Below the pieces are notes generated by a model. It did no database searches and was not told where the DNA came from. It saw only the letters and a program-made list of their open reading frames with translations. A stretch of 54,028 nucleotides of DNA, filler included, from Squatina squatina (Eukaryota): the NCBI GenBank assembly GCA_031763465.1. It is 3 parts of 3 records of this genome, joined end to end, with 100 filler letters (N's around TTAATTAATTAA, not from the genome) between each part and the next. Parts side by side here need not be neighbours in the genome. Positions count along the whole stretch, not along the records: positions 39,737 to 54,028 come from JARFOE010000080.1; 2 more parts are not named here. One strand, 5' to 3'. The position numbers were made by a program, and so were the translations under genes. Every line of letters begins with the position of its first letter. Position 1 is the first letter of the stretch. Below, one piece after another: positions 49,714 to 54,028 of the stretch.

Positions 49714-52659
49714 GTAACGCTCGGTCGTTGGAAAAGCAAACAACAGTCCATGGCAAAACTTTCAGTCACAGTCAATGGTCACCACTTAATCTTCATCAGT
49801 AAATGGAATCAGAATGCATCTTTCCCTTTTCCAGCAGTTTGCAGTACCACAGCGTTGTTTTTTAAGTTGCATTTCTTTTGATGTACAAATCAACATTTCA
49901 TATTAGTTTATGATGCTGAATGTAGTATTTAATTAGGCTGCACAAAGCATTGTTCCGTGGCATTTGCTGTTTAAATTCAAGAACTTTGGGTGAAATAATA
50001 CTAATGTACCAGCATATCAATACCTGTTGAAAATCTTGTTCCACACTTAAGTTTAATTGAAACTTTTGCCATGGCTGCAGACTTTGAGTTACCTAACCAT
50101 GCAAAGAGCTTTTTTTTAAAAGGCTGTTTCAGGCTGGCAATTTGCCCTTCATTTGTGTAATCACTTTGTGTTCCATCCTGACTCCAAGTGGCTTAGTATT
50201 TCCAATGCAGATGTAGGTCAAAGTGGCTGAGCCTGCAGGACTTGCTTACGGCAAGTGGTTTATATTTGCTGTATATCCATCTTAAACTTAAATAAGATTA
50301 AAAAGGGGCAATTTTATCATGAGGTTTCTGACATCAGCCTCCATTTTATTCAAAGGATTCTTGTGGGACTGGAACTAGTCCTTTTATAACCCACCTCCAG
50401 CGTGTAGTTATAAGTACCTTTTCCTCCCAGGAGGGCTATTGACGACTGGTGAGTCCCTCCTTAATGTGAAGCTAGACATCCTGTATGTAATATGGTCACG
50501 GTACTGGAAGCTGAAAAATGTCTTTCTGTGAAATAGTGAAATGCTACTATATTGAATTTTGCCGACACTCATCACCTCTGGATTCTGAAATGAAGTACTC
50601 AGTCTTACAGAGCAGTGCAGTGCCTAGCTGTCCGTAGCAGCTTCAAAAATCTAACATTAACCCTTTGAGTATAAATAACTTAGATTNNNNNNNNNNNNNN
50701 NNNNNNNNNNNNNNNNNNNNNNNNNNNNNNNNNNNNNNNNNNNNNNNNNNNNNNNNNNNNNNNNNNNNNNNNNNNNNNNNNNNNNNNNNNNNNNNNNNNN
50801 NNNNNNNNNNNNNNNNNNNNNNNNNNNNNNNNNNNNNNNNNNNNNNNNNNNNNNNNNNNNNNNNNNNNNNNNNNNNNNNNNNNNNNNNNNNNNNNNNNNN
50901 NNNNNNNNNNNNNNNNNNNNNNNNNNNNNNNNNNNNNNNNNNNNNNNNNNNNNNNNNNNNNNNNNNNNNNNNNNNNNNNNNNNNNNNNNNNNNNNNNNNN
51001 NNNNNNNNNNNNNNNNNNNNNNNNNNNNNNNNNNNNNNNNNNNNNNNNNNNNNNNNNNNNNNNNNNNNNNNNNNNNNNNNNNNNNNNNNNNNNNNNNNNN
51101 NNNNNNNNNNNNNNNNNNNNNNNNNNNNNNNNNNNNNNNNNNNNNNNNNNNNNNNNNNNNNNNNNNNNNNNNNNNNNNNNNNNNNNNNNNNNNNNNNNNN
51201 NNNNNNNNNNNNNNNNNNNNNNNNNNNNNNNNNNNNNNNNNNNNNNNNNNNNNNNNNNNNNNNNNNNNNNNNNNNNNNNNNNNNNNNNNNNNNNNNNNNN
51301 NNNNNNNNNNNNNNNNNNNNNNNNNNNNNNNNNNNNNNNNNNNNNNNNNNNNNNNNNNNNNNNNNNNNNNNNNNNNNNNNNNNNNNNNNNNNNNNNNNNN
51401 NNNNNNNNNNNNNNNNNNNNNNNNNNNNNNNNNNNNNNNNNNNNNNNNNNNNNNNNNNNNNNNNNNNNNNNNNNNNNNNNNNNNNNNNNNNNNNNNNNNN
51501 NNNNNNNNNNNNNNNNNNNNNNNNNNNNNNNNNNNNNNNNNNNNNNNNNNNNNNNNNNNNNNNNNNNNNNNNNNNNNNNNNNNNNNNNNNNNNNNNNNNN
51601 NNNNNNNNNNNCTTGCAATTTGATTTTACACATTTTTATGGTTTGTGAAATTAACCTGCAATTTATTGCATTAATCTGTGACATTAAGTGAAGGAGCATT
51701 ACTGGTATTTTAACGATCTTTAGTTAGTCTGTTGGACTTCGACAAATTTTCATTTCAGAATGTTCTTATCTTCTCCCTTGAAGGGAGAATCGATCTATAT
51801 CTTTACATTTAATGCAGCCACAAGAGACATAAAGTGTATGAGGATAGAGTTAATTTACATGCCATTTTCATAAAATTATAAAACACCTTCAGATCGAGTT
51901 TATGTTATGAACAATGCTGTATTATAAACTGCATAATAGTTAGTGCTACCTTATTTTAATGTACTTCATTTAGTTTTATTTAAACACACACTTATTGAAG
52001 TTGTAAAGTATTCAAAGTGTATTGATGTAAGATAATGCCTATTGTATTATGATTTGCTTTCTAACTTGCTTGTATCCAGGTTATTTAAAGTTCCAGGGTT
52101 GATGAGTATCAGCTTGTAGCACATTACTAGTCATAGTAAGATTATTTTTCTTTTTCATGTCTGATAGTTTTGCTTGGCTTCATGTTAACATTGTCATCCT
52201 ACAGACAAAGGGCAAATTTCTTGGGCCATTCACAGTACTGAAAATGTAATTTTTCTGTTCTGGGCACATTGTGAAATTCTTGATTTTACGCACTTGGNNN
52301 NNNNNNNGTGTGTTTTGTTTGAATTTTGTAGTCGGGTAATCTGTAAATTTGCAAGCAATAACTGAAGTAGATTATTGTAAAATTGTTTGATCTCAAAGTC
52401 AATATAATTTATTGAGAAGTTATTCATTAGACCAGTAATAGCAAACAATGCCTTAATTTTGAGAAGTTACTAGATCACCAGTAGCTTGAATGGCACTTAT
52501 ATGATATGTTCTCAGCACAGAATAAATCATCATTTCTTCCTACTGTGAAAGATGCTCTCAGTTCCACAAGAGGATGGATTAAAGCTTGTATTTTTCACTA
52601 ACAGTAAATGTATCTTTCTTATTAATTGTTTGCCTTAGGAATGGTGATTTATATTGTTT

Positions 52660-52900
52660 CTTCTTACCGTAAACATCTGCATTCCTCAGCTCAGCCTACG
52701 TTGTGTTGTGTTTCTTGTTATTGGCTGAGCTGCTGATGCAGGTGTTGCCAAGCTAACAGTACAAATCAGTTTAAAGAGGAAGCTGGCGCATATGGCAGCC
52801 GAGGAGCACACTCTGCAGGACACTGGATGAGACAGTAAATATTCAACTTTTAATGCTGATTAATGGAGTTATAGGTAAAGAATACGTAGGTATTTGTAAT
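52660..52900 (+). promoter_or_regulatory. ARGLU1: ARGLU1 intron 2 ultraconserved-element homologue (splicing autoregulation)
   Basis: Lies in the 3' part of intron 2, about 350-580 nt before exon 3. The sequence gaggaagctggcgcatatggcagccgaggagcacactctgcaggacactgg...aaatattcaacttttaatgctgatt...ataggtaaagaatacgtagg resembles my recollection of the human ARGLU1 UCE. Boundaries are approximate. Confidence 0.75.
52819..52874 (+). other. ARGLU1: ARGLU1 poison (NMD-inducing) cassette exon, 56 nt
   Basis: Acceptor ctctgcag| and donor TAG|gtaaag. Spliced to exon 2 (phase 0) it reads GAC ACT GGA TGA, with the stop at 52828-52830. Alternative upstream AGs exist, so the 5' boundary is uncertain. Confidence 0.65.
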
Positions 52901-53243
52901 TGATGAGAGAAATCTATTCATTTTTTTTATTTTATTTTTTGTTAATGTAATTGGTAAAGTTTCTTTAGCAGTTGTATTATGTGTGGTTTAAAAAATAGTA
53001 ATATCAGCAAGCCTGACAAAAGAGGGTTTGGGTCATTGCTGTTTGAGGGCTGGGTGGGGTGATTTAAGTCCAGGAAGAATTTAACTAGGGGCAAAATAGT
53101 TCACATGAATGATTGGCAATAAAAACGGTGGCTGTCTTGGGCATAGTCAGTGGAAGGAAAGTATACTAAGGGAAGAAGCAGCTAGCCTAGATGCAATCTT
53201 AAAATTAATTCTCTCTATTAACATCTTCTTGTCTCCTATTTAG

Positions 53244-53327
53244 GAGGAAGAACGAGCTAAACGAGAAGAACTTGAGCGAATATTGGAGGAAAATAATCGA
53301 AAAATAGCAGAAGCTCAAGCTAAATTG
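53244..53327 (+). CDS. ARGLU1: ARGLU1 exon 3 (84 nt)
   Basis: Acceptor tcttcttgtctcctatttag and donor TTG|gtaagt. Translates EEERAKREELERILEENNRKIAEAQAKL, in phase with exon 2. Absent from the ORF track. Exon 4 was not found in the window. Confidence 0.95.
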
Positions 53328-54028
53328 GTAAGTATTGTTAAAATGAATCCATGATTGACTTGTTTAATGTCTTAAATATATTTATCTCTGTTTGAAACTT
53401 TTGTTTACAATAGCCCATAGGGACATTATAAGTCAAAGAGAATCTTTGCATAATGATAGAATGATAGATGCAAATATAGAAACTAAAAATGGTGGGATAA
53501 TTTTGGTTTCTATATTTTTTTTTCCCAAAGATTAGGAGTTCCAATTAAAGTTAACTCCACATACGCAAACTATATTGTCATTAACCTGGAAGCATGGGAT
53601 AGGGAAATGTACCTGTGTACTTTTGTCGCTTAGAAAAACCATGGTAGATCTTGATCACCGAAGGAATATTGCTTTGAATTTCTTGGTTTTCCTTTACAGT
53701 TACAGTGTTCTTGTGTTCTTTTCACCACCGCCACCGTTTTTAAGTTTTAGTTCCTCAGATAAGGAGACCAAAACTCGCCCCGATTGTAATAACTCCACCA
53801 TGGCCTCTGGCTAATGTCAGGTTCAAGTTTTAAAATCTGTCAGTATCAACAATTCAAACCAGTACTGTCTTGAACGGCATGTTTTCAGTCTTGTATCGTT
53901 AGATGAATTTCTGTGTGAAGCCCCTGGGTTTGATGCAACTGACTCCTTCACTGGAGGACTATCTTGACTATTGGAGCATTGAAGTTACATAAGAATTAGT
54001 AGCCGGAGTAGGCCATACTGCCCCTCGA

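Noticed and set aside
49026-49775. Long antisense ORFs (249 aa, 175 aa) over ARGLU1
   Set aside because: Shadow frames of GC-rich, low-complexity coding sequence, lengthened by the N gap.
52099-52164. Possible box C/D snoRNA (tgatga...ctga) in the ARGLU1 intron
   Set aside because: Imperfect C box, no terminal stem and no recognisable rRNA/snRNA guide.

Overview
Eukaryotic, repeat-rich vertebrate DNA. The repeat families (Deu-domain SINE resembling SacSINE1, CR1 and L2 LINEs, HARBI1-type Harbinger transposons, fold-back Penelope-like remnants) point to a cartilaginous fish, probably a shark; this is inference. The assembly is fragmented, with many fixed 100-N placeholders. Two artificial 44N-TTAATTAATTAA-44N linkers (12838-12937, 39637-39736) split the window into three segments whose adjacency cannot be assumed. 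Recognisable genes: (i) one 120-nt internal exon of an ETS1/ETS2-subfamily factor, closest to ETS2, with the MAPK site PLLTP (11479-11598, +); (ii) ARGLU1 on the + strand, with a CpG-island promoter, part of exon 1, the end of exon 2, all of exon 3 and the known UCE/poison exon in intron 2. The most interesting signal is in ARGLU1 intron 2: a long-range ~20-bp duplex starting 30 nt after the 5' splice site, a candidate 18-nt stop-containing microexon enclosed in hairpins, and a ~21-bp hairpin upstream of the poison exon. Together these suggest an RNA-structure-based splicing switch. Most ORFs in the supplied track are chance frames, transposon relics or N-gap artefacts. Family and orthologue assignments come from recalled consensus sequences, not database searches.
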